Virus record (IMG/VR): IMGVR_UViG_3300045988_115677
Reading direction: 5' to 3' (one strand)
DNA length: 33,796 nt
Origin: a virus
A model generated the notes under the pieces. The model made no database searches. It saw nothing but the letters and a program-made list of their open reading frames with translations, and was not told where the DNA came from. Within the stretch, counting starts at the first letter, position 1; every line of letters starts with the position of its first letter. A program made the translations under genes and the position numbers. Below are positions 9,014 through 18,359 of this stretch, one piece after another.

Positions 9014-10339
9014 ATGGCAGACCAGTGGATGGCCGGGTTCACGGCGGCGCATACGGGGCTCCTGAGTGTTGTCCCGGAGCCGTCACCGGAAGGGTACGCC
9101 TCCTACCCGGTGTACGTCACGTCCGACAGTGACCGGGTGTTGATCTGGCATCCGCAGGACAGGTCTGCGGTGTCGGACCCGCTCGCCCCGATCGGCATCC
9201 CGACCACGTACACGCAGGCCGGCCTGCCTCCGGTGACGTTCACGCGCCGCTCTACGGGGTCGGACATCATCTCGGACTGGTCGGGGCATGTGCGCGCTCG
9301 TGTCGATTTGATGCCGTCCACGTCGTACACGTACGAGGGCGGCCTGTCTACGGTTACCGCTTCGACTGGCGTCGTGGATCGGTGGAGTGCGGTCCCTTTG
9401 CCGCGGGCGACAACGGTCGAGTGTCGCACGAAAACACTGGACGACTTCCGGACGCTTCGTAACCTCGTGGAGATGGCCGGCTATCTGATCGTCGCCCATG
9501 ACACGGAGAGGTGTCGCATCCCTGGGTGCACGATCGAGCCGATCCGCGTGGTTGCCGTGTCGAAGGCTACTGGCGAGCAGACCGAGGCGCGCGCCCGCGG
9601 CACCGTGGAGTGGCAGCTGTCCGTGACGGAACGGTCGAAGCGGAAGATCTATACGGACGCGGAGCATGCCGGATGGACGTATGGCGCTACCTACGCGAAG
9701 GCGGGCGTCAGCCTGGGGACATTCTCCCCTTGTGTGACCTGGGGTGAGTGGATGCAGTTTGAGAAGGACATCCACGACGGCAAAGTCCAGCAGCGTCTCA
9801 CGTATCTGTGGGGCGGTCCCGACCACCCGGAGGATGACAAGGCGATCGGTGGAGACCGGTCTGAGAACTGGAGTCCGCATGGGGGGCCGACCCGTACCGC
9901 CGGCGTCCGCAACGTGACGCCGACCGCGGGGGTGCAGAGCTTCCGGCAGTCGCAGCCGGGGCACCGCATTCACCTGTCTATGTATGCCCGCAGGATCACG
10001 CAAGACAAGTACGGCCTGTCTAACGTTTCTGTTGGCCTGTGGTGCTCGGACGGGTTCGGGAGCGCCTCAAGGAGCCGAGCTTTCGTGTACGATCCGTCCA
10101 GTGTTACGAAGTCCCTCCCGGACGACAATGGGTGGGTACTCGTCCAGGACGACGTGACCGTCCCTGACGGGAAGCCGTGGGTCGCCCCGTACGTCCTGCT
10201 CGACGGTGCGGATGTGCCACTGACGGAGTTCGGAGAGTTGACGATGGCGGACATGGACGCACAGCAGGGGTCCACCCTGCAGACCCGCACGTACCATGAC
10301 GTGTGCGTGCTGCTCGCGGGGCAGGAGGACCGGAGATGA
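9014..10339 (+). CDS. Minor tail protein (distal tail protein position)
   Basis: 441 aa. Starts 1 nt after the tape measure stop. Called from its position after the tape measure gene. Confidence 0.55.
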   Translation: MADQWMAGFTAAHTGLLSVVPEPSPEGYASYPVYVTSDSDRVLIWHPQDRSAVSDPLAPIGIPTTYTQAGLPPVTFTRRSTGSDIISDWSGHVRARVDLMPSTSYTYEGGLSTVTASTGVVDRWSAVPLPRATTVECRTKTLDDFRTLRNLVEMAGYLIVAHDTERCRIPGCTIEPIRVVAVSKATGEQTEARARGTVEWQLSVTERSKRKIYTDAEHAGWTYGATYAKAGVSLGTFSPCVTWGEWMQFEKDIHDGKVQQRLTYLWGGPDHPEDDKAIGGDRSENWSPHGGPTRTAGVRNVTPTAGVQSFRQSQPGHRIHLSMYARRITQDKYGLSNVSVGLWCSDGFGSASRSRAFVYDPSSVTKSLPDDNGWVLVQDDVTVPDGKPWVAPYVLLDGADVPLTEFGELTMADMDAQQGSTLQTRTYHDVCVLLAGQEDRR

Positions 10340-11649
10340 GGCCCGGCCCGAGCATTCCGGAGATGAATGATGCGGGCCGCTGGTCCGCGCGGATGGATAT
10401 CCGCTACGGCCCCAGGCTGTTCAAGGACATCCCGATGACGTCCTGCTCCCTGGATTGGGGGGAGCTGAAGGTAGACGGCACGTCCGCTACCGCCCCGGCC
10501 TCGCTTCGTGTGGGCGCCCCTGACGACTATGCTCCGCGGCACGAGGGAGACTTCTACTCCAACTACGGGCAGATGATGTGCCCGTCCGTGACCTGTGAGT
10601 TCGAGCATGGCGGCAAGTATGAGATCCCGTTTGGACGGTTCCGCATCACTGAAACATCGCAGTCGCCGGAGTCGACCCCCGTGCAGGGGAAAGATCTGCT
10701 TCTCGACCTGGAGGAGAATCCTCTGTCGTGGCCCCACTCCCCGCGCCCGGGGGGCACGCTGATAACGGAGATGAACCGCCTGAACCCGAATCAGGGCATG
10801 ACGGCGGTCCGCGTCCCTGACTCGCGCCGCGACTACCAGATCAGCTCCTACCTGCAGCTGCCTACGGACTTGCTCGTGTCGATGTCGATGATCGCGAAGG
10901 AGGCAGGGTGTGGTCTGCGAATGTCGTACCGCGGCGAGATTGAGGCCTACCCGCTGCCGACGCCGTCATCGGCGCCCGTGGAGACGTACTCGCAGGAGTC
11001 GCACATGGTGATCGGTGCGGCCCCCGTCCAGTCGCCGTCGGGACGTATTCCGAACTGGTACTCCGTTGTGGCGAAGGGGGATGGGTCCCGTCAGTACACC
11101 GTCCACAAGGGAGACTCGTACGAGTCTGCCGTGAAGGACGATGAGAAGAATAAGACCGAGGTTGAGATGGCGGTCGACAACCTTTACCTGAACAAGGAGC
11201 GCGTGTGGGCGGAGAACGCGACCCCCACCTATCAGAAGGATGCGGCGCGCTGGTCGTGGTCCAGGCAACTGAACCCGCATTGGACGCGCACGGAGAACGG
11301 CTGGAAGTCCGACTACGACTTCAACTTCTACGTGAAGATGAACCAGGCCTACGGCTACTACCATCCGTCCTGGTATGGATGGGTGTCGAAGACCACGGAC
11401 CTGTCGTCGCAGAAATCCTGGGACAAGGTGGTTGAGGAGGCCAACAGGTGGGCGAAGTTCGGCATGGACCGGGCGAAGTCGTGGCGCGTCCAGCTGGTCG
11501 CCGACCCGCGCATCGAGGTTGGTGACGTCATCGCCGTGGAGTACAAGCAAGGGAAGTGGTGTGCCATATCCGTGACGTCCTTCTCTCTGGATTTGATGGA
11601 CCCGTCGCAGCCGATGACCCTGACTGGCGCAGAGCTGCGCGCCTGGTGA
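10336..11649 (+). CDS. Minor tail protein (tail tip/hub position)
   Basis: ATG 10336 overlaps the upstream stop (ATGA), which I prefer over the track start at 10303. 437 aa. Confidence 0.55.
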   Translation: MRPGPSIPEMNDAGRWSARMDIRYGPRLFKDIPMTSCSLDWGELKVDGTSATAPASLRVGAPDDYAPRHEGDFYSNYGQMMCPSVTCEFEHGGKYEIPFGRFRITETSQSPESTPVQGKDLLLDLEENPLSWPHSPRPGGTLITEMNRLNPNQGMTAVRVPDSRRDYQISSYLQLPTDLLVSMSMIAKEAGCGLRMSYRGEIEAYPLPTPSSAPVETYSQESHMVIGAAPVQSPSGRIPNWYSVVAKGDGSRQYTVHKGDSYESAVKDDEKNKTEVEMAVDNLYLNKERVWAENATPTYQKDAARWSWSRQLNPHWTRTENGWKSDYDFNFYVKMNQAYGYYHPSWYGWVSKTTDLSSQKSWDKVVEEANRWAKFGMDRAKSWRVQLVADPRIEVGDVIAVEYKQGKWCAISVTSFSLDLMDPSQPMTLTGAELRAW

Positions 11650-11665
11650 CGGTACACTGTGGTGC

Positions 11666-14600
11666 ATGACCGCATCTGACTTCAGCTCGGCCGGGTCGCT
11701 GTTCCTGGACATGCAGGACGCCCGGAAGGGACACGCCGCCTCCGACTCCATCACCCGGTGGGTGAAGGGGCAAGTTGTTGATACGCCAGACACGGACCCT
11801 ACGCTGCCTGCGGGATGGGTCCGCGTCGGCATGCCGTATAACGAGCCCGACACGTACGTGACCGGCGAAACCCCGGGCCTGTACACGTGGAAAGGGGCGA
11901 TGGTCACCGTCAAGATGCACTCTGATGGGACGCTCCTGTCGATCAGTGATGGCCAGGATGAGCCCGGCGATGAGCGGACCCAGGTGGAACGTCTCGGCCC
12001 GGCCGGCAGGGAGATTGCCGGCGCCATGTCTGATGCCGTGAAAGCGCAGAAAGCCGCAGAGGAGGTCAAGGGGCGTGCGGACGTTGCCGCAAAGGACGCT
12101 GCTGCCGCTCAGAAGGCCGCCCTGGATGCGAAGACTGCCGCGGATGCCGCCATGCAGAAGGCGACGACAGTGGAGGGGCGGGCGGCGGATCTGGACGGCA
12201 AGATCGCCGCCGCCCAGCAGGCCGCCGATGAGGTCAAGGCTGCGGTCGCTGACGCCGACTCCAAGGCCGCCGACGCGCAGAACAAGGCACAGGCAGCCCT
12301 GGAAGCAGTAAAGAAGTCCGGGGACAATGCTGCTGCCCTGGCTGCGGCGACCGAAGCGAAGCAAGCTGCAGCCGCCGCTAAGACCCTCGCCCAGCAGGCG
12401 CAGACGGCCGCTCAGCAGGCGCAGGCGTCCGTGTCTGACGCCGCCCAGAAGGCGGCGAAGGCGCAGACCCTTGCGGAGAAGGCTGACGCGAATGCGGCGG
12501 CTGTGAAGTCGACGGCAGAGTCGGCTGACGCCGCGGCTAAGAAAGCCGCTTCGGATGCGGCGGCAGCGCAGGCGTCCTACAGGTCGCTGCAGGCCACCGT
12601 GTCTGCGAACTCTGCCGACCTGGCTGCCGCGAAGTCAAAAGCAGATCAGGCTACGAAGGACGCGGTGGCTGCAAAGGACGCCGCCTCGAAAGCCACCGCT
12701 GACGCACTGGGTGCCCGTCAGGCCGCTGATGCTGCCTCGAGTAAGGCGTCCACGCTGGCCGGCCAGGTGACAGTGTCGCCGTCTGCGCCGGTCTTGGCTG
12801 ACGGGCAGGGGAAGCCGAAAGGTGCCGTGTGGTTCGTGCAGAACGGTCAGGGTGTGCTCACGTCCCAGTATGCGTGGGACGGGGCGAAGTGGTCGCTCAT
12901 GCCCGTTGACGGCAGCGTCATCAAGGATGCAACGATCACGTCCGCGAAGATCGGGAACGCGGCTATCGGGTCCGCTCAGATTGCTGACGCAGCAATCACG
13001 GACGCGAAGATCGGCGGCTTGTCGGTCAGCAAGCTCATGGTTACGGGCGGAGCGAAGATTCCCCGGGCCGTGATCGACCAGTTGGCGTCGGATGAGGCGT
13101 TCATCGGGAAGCTGTCCGCTAACAGCGTGACGATCGACCCGGAGAACATGTTGCGCGACCCGGGGTTCACCGGGTCACCTTCCGGCGTGTGGAGTCCGTC
13201 CGTCCCTGCTGGCGGCAGCGTCGCGTTCGTGTCGGACATCAAGGATGCACCCGGCGGCCGGTCGTCTGGGGCCCGGCTGGCCGGCGGTACTACGGCGGAG
13301 GCGCAACTGAACCAATCGTTCAAGATCCCCGCGGGGAAGGTGTGGGTGCTGCGGCTTACGTACCGCTACCTGCTGGGGTCTGCTGGCGGCCTGCAGCTGA
13401 AGGCCGGCGGAACTTCCCTCCCCGCGTTTCCTTACAAGGATGCGGGGTGGCATACGGAGGACGTGGACTGGACTCCGGCCAGCTCGGTGACGGGCGGCGT
13501 CTGCCAGGTGTGCGCGAGCAAGGGCACCAAAGCTGAGGTTGCCGCGGTCGTCTTGTGTCAGAAAGTCGGCGCGACCATGCTCGCCCCTGGCAGTGTCACG
13601 TCTGACGCCATCTACGCGAGCAAAGAGCTGTGGGCGAAGGTGTCGGCTTTTGGGTCTGTGACCACGGAGATGCTGACCGCCGGGAAGGCCACCATCACTG
13701 GCGAGGCAGTTGTCGGCGACTTGAAGGGCAACCGCATCCAAGGGTCGGAGATCTTGGGGTCCGGGATTTACGCGTACTCGAAGTCGGCGGAGGCGCAGAA
13801 TGCCGCCAAGCCGAAAGTGAAGGTGATGGACGCCGGTGATCGCGAGTACAAGAGCATGCCCGTCGACCTTTCGCTCGCGTGGACAAACAAATATGGTGAC
13901 TCAGACAGTGACGGTCTGTGCACTATCACCTCTGCGAGCAAGACTGAGCTGCGCGGCAAGTACACGTCGCGCCTTGACTTCACATACAACGCCTGCTGGG
14001 AGGTTAACTTCACCTTGCCGGCCGGCAACGTGATCGAGCCGTCGGTGGAGTTCTTTGTGGCTCACGTGCAGGACGGGGGAGGCACGATAGGGTCGGAGAT
14101 GCAGTTCAATCTGTTGCGTGACGGCACACACTTGTCGCGCAACAGATCGCTGGGCGGCTATCAGGTGCTCCAGCTGAACTCGTGGCGCGCAGACCACCAG
14201 GGGAATAGGGAGTACTATCTGCGGATTTTCCCGCTGTACACTCCGACGAACATTGTCGTCCGGAATATGACGGTGTACTGGTCCACTCAGGCCGATAGCA
14301 CGTCGGTGCGGCTGGCTAACAACCATGTGTGGTTCAGGGACGTCAACGTCGAAAACGACAACAACATTCACCAGAACTACCTGAAGATCTCCACGTCAGG
14401 TATCTATGCCTCTCAGACGAACCAGTTGCAGTATCAGCGGCCGCTGAAGTCGCTCGTCATGCCGCCACACTTTGTCGGCACGACAAACCAGGAGCGCATC
14501 CTGCCTTGGCGACATCCGGAGTGGTATCCGGGGCGACTGAACAACCCCACGCCATGGTTTGAGTACGACTCTCAAGATTTTTGGATCAATGACGACTACG

Positions 14601-14917
14601 TGCCGGTGACCAACGTTGCCGGCCTGTACTGGGTGGCTTTCCAGGCTACGGTGTCCAGCACGTACCCGTCTCATTGGCGGTCCTTGCGGGTCGAGGTGCA
14701 GCCCGCACTGAACTGGGCTGTCGGGATTGGTTCCACCGTCGCCGTGGAGCCCAACGCCTCGAACATTAAGGTTAGCTGCGCGGGCATCCTTCAGTTGAGG
14801 ACGTCTCAGGGGCTCTACTGGCGCTTCTCCCACGCGTCGCCGGACGCAAGCGGGGACGATAGCGGGGTCCTGCACATCACGAACACGCGCCTGTCGGCGA
14901 TGTTCATCTCAAAGTAG
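11666..14917 (+). CDS. Tail fibre / receptor-binding minor tail protein with long Ala-rich coiled coil
   Basis: 1083 aa. Residues about 125-390 are an Ala/Lys/Asp/Gln coiled coil. This is followed by fibre-like I-x-D-A-x-I repeats (ITSAKIGNAAIGSAQIADAAITDAKIG) and beta-rich C-terminal domains. Confidence 0.65.
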   Translation: MTASDFSSAGSLFLDMQDARKGHAASDSITRWVKGQVVDTPDTDPTLPAGWVRVGMPYNEPDTYVTGETPGLYTWKGAMVTVKMHSDGTLLSISDGQDEPGDERTQVERLGPAGREIAGAMSDAVKAQKAAEEVKGRADVAAKDAAAAQKAALDAKTAADAAMQKATTVEGRAADLDGKIAAAQQAADEVKAAVADADSKAADAQNKAQAALEAVKKSGDNAAALAAATEAKQAAAAAKTLAQQAQTAAQQAQASVSDAAQKAAKAQTLAEKADANAAAVKSTAESADAAAKKAASDAAAAQASYRSLQATVSANSADLAAAKSKADQATKDAVAAKDAASKATADALGARQAADAASSKASTLAGQVTVSPSAPVLADGQGKPKGAVWFVQNGQGVLTSQYAWDGAKWSLMPVDGSVIKDATITSAKIGNAAIGSAQIADAAITDAKIGGLSVSKLMVTGGAKIPRAVIDQLASDEAFIGKLSANSVTIDPENMLRDPGFTGSPSGVWSPSVPAGGSVAFVSDIKDAPGGRSSGARLAGGTTAEAQLNQSFKIPAGKVWVLRLTYRYLLGSAGGLQLKAGGTSLPAFPYKDAGWHTEDVDWTPASSVTGGVCQVCASKGTKAEVAAVVLCQKVGATMLAPGSVTSDAIYASKELWAKVSAFGSVTTEMLTAGKATITGEAVVGDLKGNRIQGSEILGSGIYAYSKSAEAQNAAKPKVKVMDAGDREYKSMPVDLSLAWTNKYGDSDSDGLCTITSASKTELRGKYTSRLDFTYNACWEVNFTLPAGNVIEPSVEFFVAHVQDGGGTIGSEMQFNLLRDGTHLSRNRSLGGYQVLQLNSWRADHQGNREYYLRIFPLYTPTNIVVRNMTVYWSTQADSTSVRLANNHVWFRDVNVENDNNIHQNYLKISTSGIYASQTNQLQYQRPLKSLVMPPHFVGTTNQERILPWRHPEWYPGRLNNPTPWFEYDSQDFWINDDYVPVTNVAGLYWVAFQATVSSTYPSHWRSLRVEVQPALNWAVGIGSTVAVEPNASNIKVSCAGILQLRTSQGLYWRFSHASPDASGDDSGVLHITNTRLSAMFISK

Positions 14918-14932
14918 AACAGGAGTTATGGG

Positions 14933-15622
14933 ATGGCTGACACTAGATGGGACGGGGCGGTCGTCCCGACCGCGTATTCGGACCTACTCGGCGCATGGGG
15001 GAGGTTCAGCGACAGCGTTGGCACGTTCATCCGTGTCGCGTCGATGCAGGAGGCGCGGGCCCGCCTCGCGCAGGCGCCGGCCGGCGTGGTGACGTCCGCG
15101 TCGCCGGCGATGTTCCTGATCGGCGGCGTCTTGTACTCGGCGGACGGGTCCAGGACTGGCGCTGACTACAATATCGTGCCCGTGTCAGGGTACTCTGGCG
15201 TGCTTGTTGACCATTGGGACAAGTCGGACGGGCGAGGCCGACCGACGTCGGATCACACGACACGCCGGTGGGGGCAGTCCACGTTCCAGCTGCCTGTCCG
15301 CACCCTCCTTGAGTTCAGCTTGGACGTGTGCGTGTCGATCGTGCACTCTGACTTCAACTCGGAGGATGAGAAGAACAAGGCCAGCGGGTCCTACTACTTC
15401 GGCTTCCTGCTTGACAACGTCAACCAATGGCAGACTGAGCTGCAGTACAACAGGACTTTCATGACGCATCATCTCTCTTGGAAGATGGAGGCCGATGCGG
15501 GCACGCACACGGCCGCGTACACGACGACCGGTTCGTACGGTACTGACCCGTACTGGCATTTCGATGGCGGCGTCTACCCTGGCACACGGTTCCGCGTCTT
15601 CTCGCTCGGCGCCACGGACTGA
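14933..15622 (+). CDS. Minor tail / tail-tip accessory protein (unknown function)
   Basis: RBS aggag. 229 aa, beta-rich. Directly downstream of the fibre gene. Confidence 0.45.
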   Translation: MADTRWDGAVVPTAYSDLLGAWGRFSDSVGTFIRVASMQEARARLAQAPAGVVTSASPAMFLIGGVLYSADGSRTGADYNIVPVSGYSGVLVDHWDKSDGRGRPTSDHTTRRWGQSTFQLPVRTLLEFSLDVCVSIVHSDFNSEDEKNKASGSYYFGFLLDNVNQWQTELQYNRTFMTHHLSWKMEADAGTHTAAYTTTGSYGTDPYWHFDGGVYPGTRFRVFSLGATD

Positions 15623-15694
15623 CGCCCGCACCGTTACCTGCCTCTCCTGTGAAACAATCGGGGGGGGCAGGTTGCGTCACTACTTGGAGGGGTC

Positions 15695-17017
15695 ATGGCT
15701 ACACTGGAGCCGTCGGAGAGTCGCCGCGTGCGCACTGAGGCGCTGCGCGGCAGCGTGCAGATTTCCGCGTACGGGGCGCCGGATGGTGCCGGGTGGGCGC
15801 GGCAGGCCGCCGCGCTCGGCGGCACGCACATGCGGCTGACGAATATTTTCGAGGAGTCGACTGTTCAGGCGGCCGCCAACGGTGGAGACAAGCTCGGCGA
15901 GATGGACAGCAAGGTGCGCGCCGCCGTAGACGCCGGGTTCCGCATCATTGTTGATTTCTCCTACTACCGGAACCTCCTCATCAAGGAGGGGACGAACCCG
16001 TACTTCCTGGAGTGGTCGGCGTGGCTGGCGCCGATGGCGCAGATCCTCGGCCGCCAGTTCCCGGGCGCCGACTACGACTATGCGCACGCCCCTGAGGTGG
16101 CTGCCGTAGCCCTGTCGGGGGAGCCTGACATCCTGTGGGGTGACAACAACCCTGTCCAGCAGGCGAAGTCGGCTGACCGGTACCTGTGGGCGCTCCAGCA
16201 GCAGGTGACTGCGGTCCGGAAGTTGGATTATGACGGCCCGGTCACTGCCGGCGGCTTCAATCATCTGAACTCCGACGGGCCTGATCGGGGCGCGTACGGC
16301 GACGCGGTGGACCGGCTCGCTGGCGTGCCTTGGGTGGACGCGCTGACATTCCATGGGTACGACGGGCCGGCGAAGCTGAAGTCGGGCATCCCCAAGTTCG
16401 TGGATGTTGCCCAGTCCGGAGGGAAGCTTGCACTCATGGAGGAGTGCGGCTTCAACTCAGATAACACGGCGGACGCTGCTAGGGCGGCGAAGTTCCGGGA
16501 GTTGGTTCCGTGCGTTGCCGCGTCCGGCCTGGCCGGTCTGGGGTTGTGGAACGTTGGGGACTACAACGGGTTTGACGTGCGCGCCACCCACCCTGAGGCG
16601 ATGAAGGCGTGGAACGAAGTTGTTGCTGCGCTGCCCGTGTTGGGGCGCGCCGGCGGCGCCTCGCTGGTTGGCGGTGGCGCCCCAGCAGCAAACCAATGGG
16701 TGTTTTTTCCTGGGGACGCCACGCCTGGTGACACATTCATGGCAGTCCTGGAAGGGAACGCTCTTTGCGTGGGGCCCCGCTCGGAGTGGGGGTCGGTGAC
16801 GGTCCCCGCGGTCGGGCAGAAGCGGCTGGCTAATATCCCGCCGGCAGTACTCGGAGGCCGGAAACCTCAGCGCACCTGCTATCCGCTGTTGAAAACTGAC
16901 GGCACGTCGGACGGGTCCACGGTTGAGGTGTGGCCGAACGGGACTGTGGTCACGAACGTCGTGCCGAATGGTGGTGGGAGGCGTGTCTGCCCGATGATGT
17001 ATGCCCCTCTCGCGTGA
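15695..17017 (+). CDS. TIM-barrel glycoside-hydrolase-like protein (clan GH-A/GH5-like) with C-terminal beta domain
   Basis: RBS ggagggg. By-eye motifs in clan GH-A order: FRIIVDF, ALSGEPD (candidate acid/base Glu, but GE rather than NE), TFHGY, LALMEECGF (candidate nucleophile), GLWNV. Confidence 0.4.
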   Translation: MATLEPSESRRVRTEALRGSVQISAYGAPDGAGWARQAAALGGTHMRLTNIFEESTVQAAANGGDKLGEMDSKVRAAVDAGFRIIVDFSYYRNLLIKEGTNPYFLEWSAWLAPMAQILGRQFPGADYDYAHAPEVAAVALSGEPDILWGDNNPVQQAKSADRYLWALQQQVTAVRKLDYDGPVTAGGFNHLNSDGPDRGAYGDAVDRLAGVPWVDALTFHGYDGPAKLKSGIPKFVDVAQSGGKLALMEECGFNSDNTADAARAAKFRELVPCVAASGLAGLGLWNVGDYNGFDVRATHPEAMKAWNEVVAALPVLGRAGGASLVGGGAPAANQWVFFPGDATPGDTFMAVLEGNALCVGPRSEWGSVTVPAVGQKRLANIPPAVLGGRKPQRTCYPLLKTDGTSDGSTVEVWPNGTVVTNVVPNGGGRRVCPMMYAPLA

Positions 17018-17052
17018 CTGTCGTCGCCCTCCCCCGGTGGGACACTTGGCCC

Positions 17053-17526
17053 ATGCATGAGATTTCTTTTCCTCCGCTCCCGGCGGAGCTGATCGGCGCG
17101 GCCCTGGCCGGTGTCGCTTCATGGGTGGGGTGGTTGTTCGCGAGGGCGGACCGGACTGCGGACCGGCGCGTTGAGGCGCTGGAGGCGGTCACGAAGGCGT
17201 TGACTCGCAGGGTGCAGACCCTGGAGGAGGGGCGCGAAAAAGCGGAGGCGGCGCGCGACCTCGCTGAGGAGGAGGCGCACCGTCTCCGCATCCGCGCGTT
17301 CCGACTGGAGGAGTACGCGGCGGCTTTGCTGAGGTGGGGTGTTGGTTTGGTGGCGATGATGGCGCCGGCGGAGAGGCCGCCTAAGCCGCCGTCACCGCCA
17401 GCCGACCTCGATGATGTGGGCGATTTGGGTGGCTGCGGCGTGCCGACTGTTCCCTTTCCAGCGGGCGCCGCCTCCGGTCACGTACCAGGTGACGCCTCGG
17501 CGGGTGAGGGCTACTCGGGTTCCTGA
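17053..17526 (+). CDS. Membrane-anchored coiled-coil protein (unknown function)
   Basis: ATG 17053 lies after the upstream stop. N-terminal TM segment LIGAALAGVASWVGWLF, then a charged coiled coil. Its 3' end overlaps the convergent gene 17392..17649 by 135 nt. Confidence 0.4.
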   Translation: MHEISFPPLPAELIGAALAGVASWVGWLFARADRTADRRVEALEAVTKALTRRVQTLEEGREKAEAARDLAEEEAHRLRIRAFRLEEYAAALLRWGVGLVAMMAPAERPPKPPSPPADLDDVGDLGGCGVPTVPFPAGAASGHVPGDASAGEGYSGS

Positions 17527-17649
17527 TGGTCGTCGGCCTCTGCGGATGATCGCTTCGCGGGGGCCGGTCGCTACTTTCAGCTGGGTGCGGTCGAGGCCGC
17601 ACGCGTCGATGATGGTGAGGGCTTCGCTGACGACGCCGGCGGGGGTCAT
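17392..17649 (-). CDS. Hypothetical protein (85 aa), last gene of the leftward arm
   Basis: The start codon abuts the stop of the upstream small TM gene. High third-position GC. Confidence 0.5.
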   Translation of the reverse strand: MTPAGVVSEALTIIDACGLDRTQLKVATGPREAIIRRGRRPSGTRVALTRRGVTWYVTGGGARWKGNSRHAAATQIAHIIEVGWR

Positions 17650-17817
17650 TCAGTTCACCCCCAGCCACTGCCAGAGGCCCCAGATGGTGAGGGCGGAGCC
17701 GAGGGTGGTGAGGCCGGCGGCGAGTGCGGCGATGACGTAGGCGATGCCGGCGAAGATGAGCTGGCCGGCCCGGTTGAGCTTGCGGTCGACGCTGGGGGTG
17801 GGGGCTGCGTGGCGCAT
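17650..17817 (-). CDS. Small membrane protein (55 aa), absent from the ORF track
   Basis: My translation is MRHAAPTPSVDRKLNRAGQLIFAGIAYVIAALAAGLTTLGSALTIWGLWQWLGVN. RBS gaaaggaa lies 5 nt upstream. It fills the gap between flanking genes exactly. Confidence 0.55.
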   Translation of the reverse strand: MRHAAPTPSVDRKLNRAGQLIFAGIAYVIAALAAGLTTLGSALTIWGLWQWLGVN

Positions 17818-17828
17818 CTGGTTTCCTT

Positions 17829-18053
17829 TCAGTTGGTGCGGACGATGACGATGGATCCGGCGGGGGCGGTGGCGTAGGAGCCTTTCTGGGCGCCTGCGCG
17901 GCCGCCTCGGAGGGTGAGGGTCCGGTAGGCGGGCCGGCCGGGGGTTGGGGTGTTGGACTCGACCCGCCAGGTGGCGCCTTCGCGGATGATGAGACTTCCG
18001 GCGGAGACGTCCTCTATGGGGGACGGCCGTGTTGGCTGGTGGGGGTGCATCAT
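17829..18053 (-). CDS. Hypothetical protein (74 aa)
   Basis: RBS gaaaggaa upstream. Tightly packed in the leftward operon. Confidence 0.5.
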   Translation of the reverse strand: MMHPHQPTRPSPIEDVSAGSLIIREGATWRVESNTPTPGRPAYRTLTLRGGRAGAQKGSYATAPAGSIVIVRTN

Positions 18054-18094
18054 TTGGTGTTCCTTTCCGAGGTTGTGGGAGGCCTTCTGGCGGC

Positions 18095-18316
18095 CTATCG
18101 CCGGGCCGCCTGGGTGGCTGCCTGGGCTGCGCTCTTGAGGGCGCTGTAGAGGCTCTCAGGGGTACTTTCGGGCCCGTAGGGGACGCGGGTCGGCCGGCCG
18201 CCTCGGGGGTGGATGGTGACCCATCCGTCCTCGACGGTGACCTTGGTGCCGGCGGCCAGTTTTTGGTCGGCGATGACGTTCCAGGCGGCGATGCGGGCGA
18301 TGGTTGCGGCGTTCAT
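18095..18316 (-). CDS. Hypothetical protein (73 aa)
   Basis: RBS gaaaggag upstream. In the leftward operon. Confidence 0.5.
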   Translation of the reverse strand: MNAATIARIAAWNVIADQKLAAGTKVTVEDGWVTIHPRGGRPTRVPYGPESTPESLYSALKSAAQAATQAARR

Positions 18317-18331
18317 GGGGGCTCCTTTCGG

Positions 18332-18359
18332 GGCCCCCGGGGCGTCTACCCCGGGGGCC
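18332..18359 (-). other. Perfect 11-bp GC hairpin between two small genes
   Basis: ggcccccgggg cgtcta ccccgggggcc. On the - strand it lies between the stop at 18369 and the RBS of the gene starting at 18316. No U tract. Confidence 0.6.

Noticed and set aside
5677-9042. Long - strand ORFs (5677..7347, 7167..8120, 7495..9042) opposite the tape measure gene
   Set aside because: They are antisense shadows with low-complexity Arg/Gly/Val/Leu composition. The + strand 1105-aa tape measure ORF accounts for the whole interval.
9970-12364. - strand ORFs 9970..10737, 10966..12069 and 11528..12364 within the tail genes
   Set aside because: Same reasoning: they are antisense to well-supported, translationally coupled + strand tail genes, have no RBSs and are Arg-rich.
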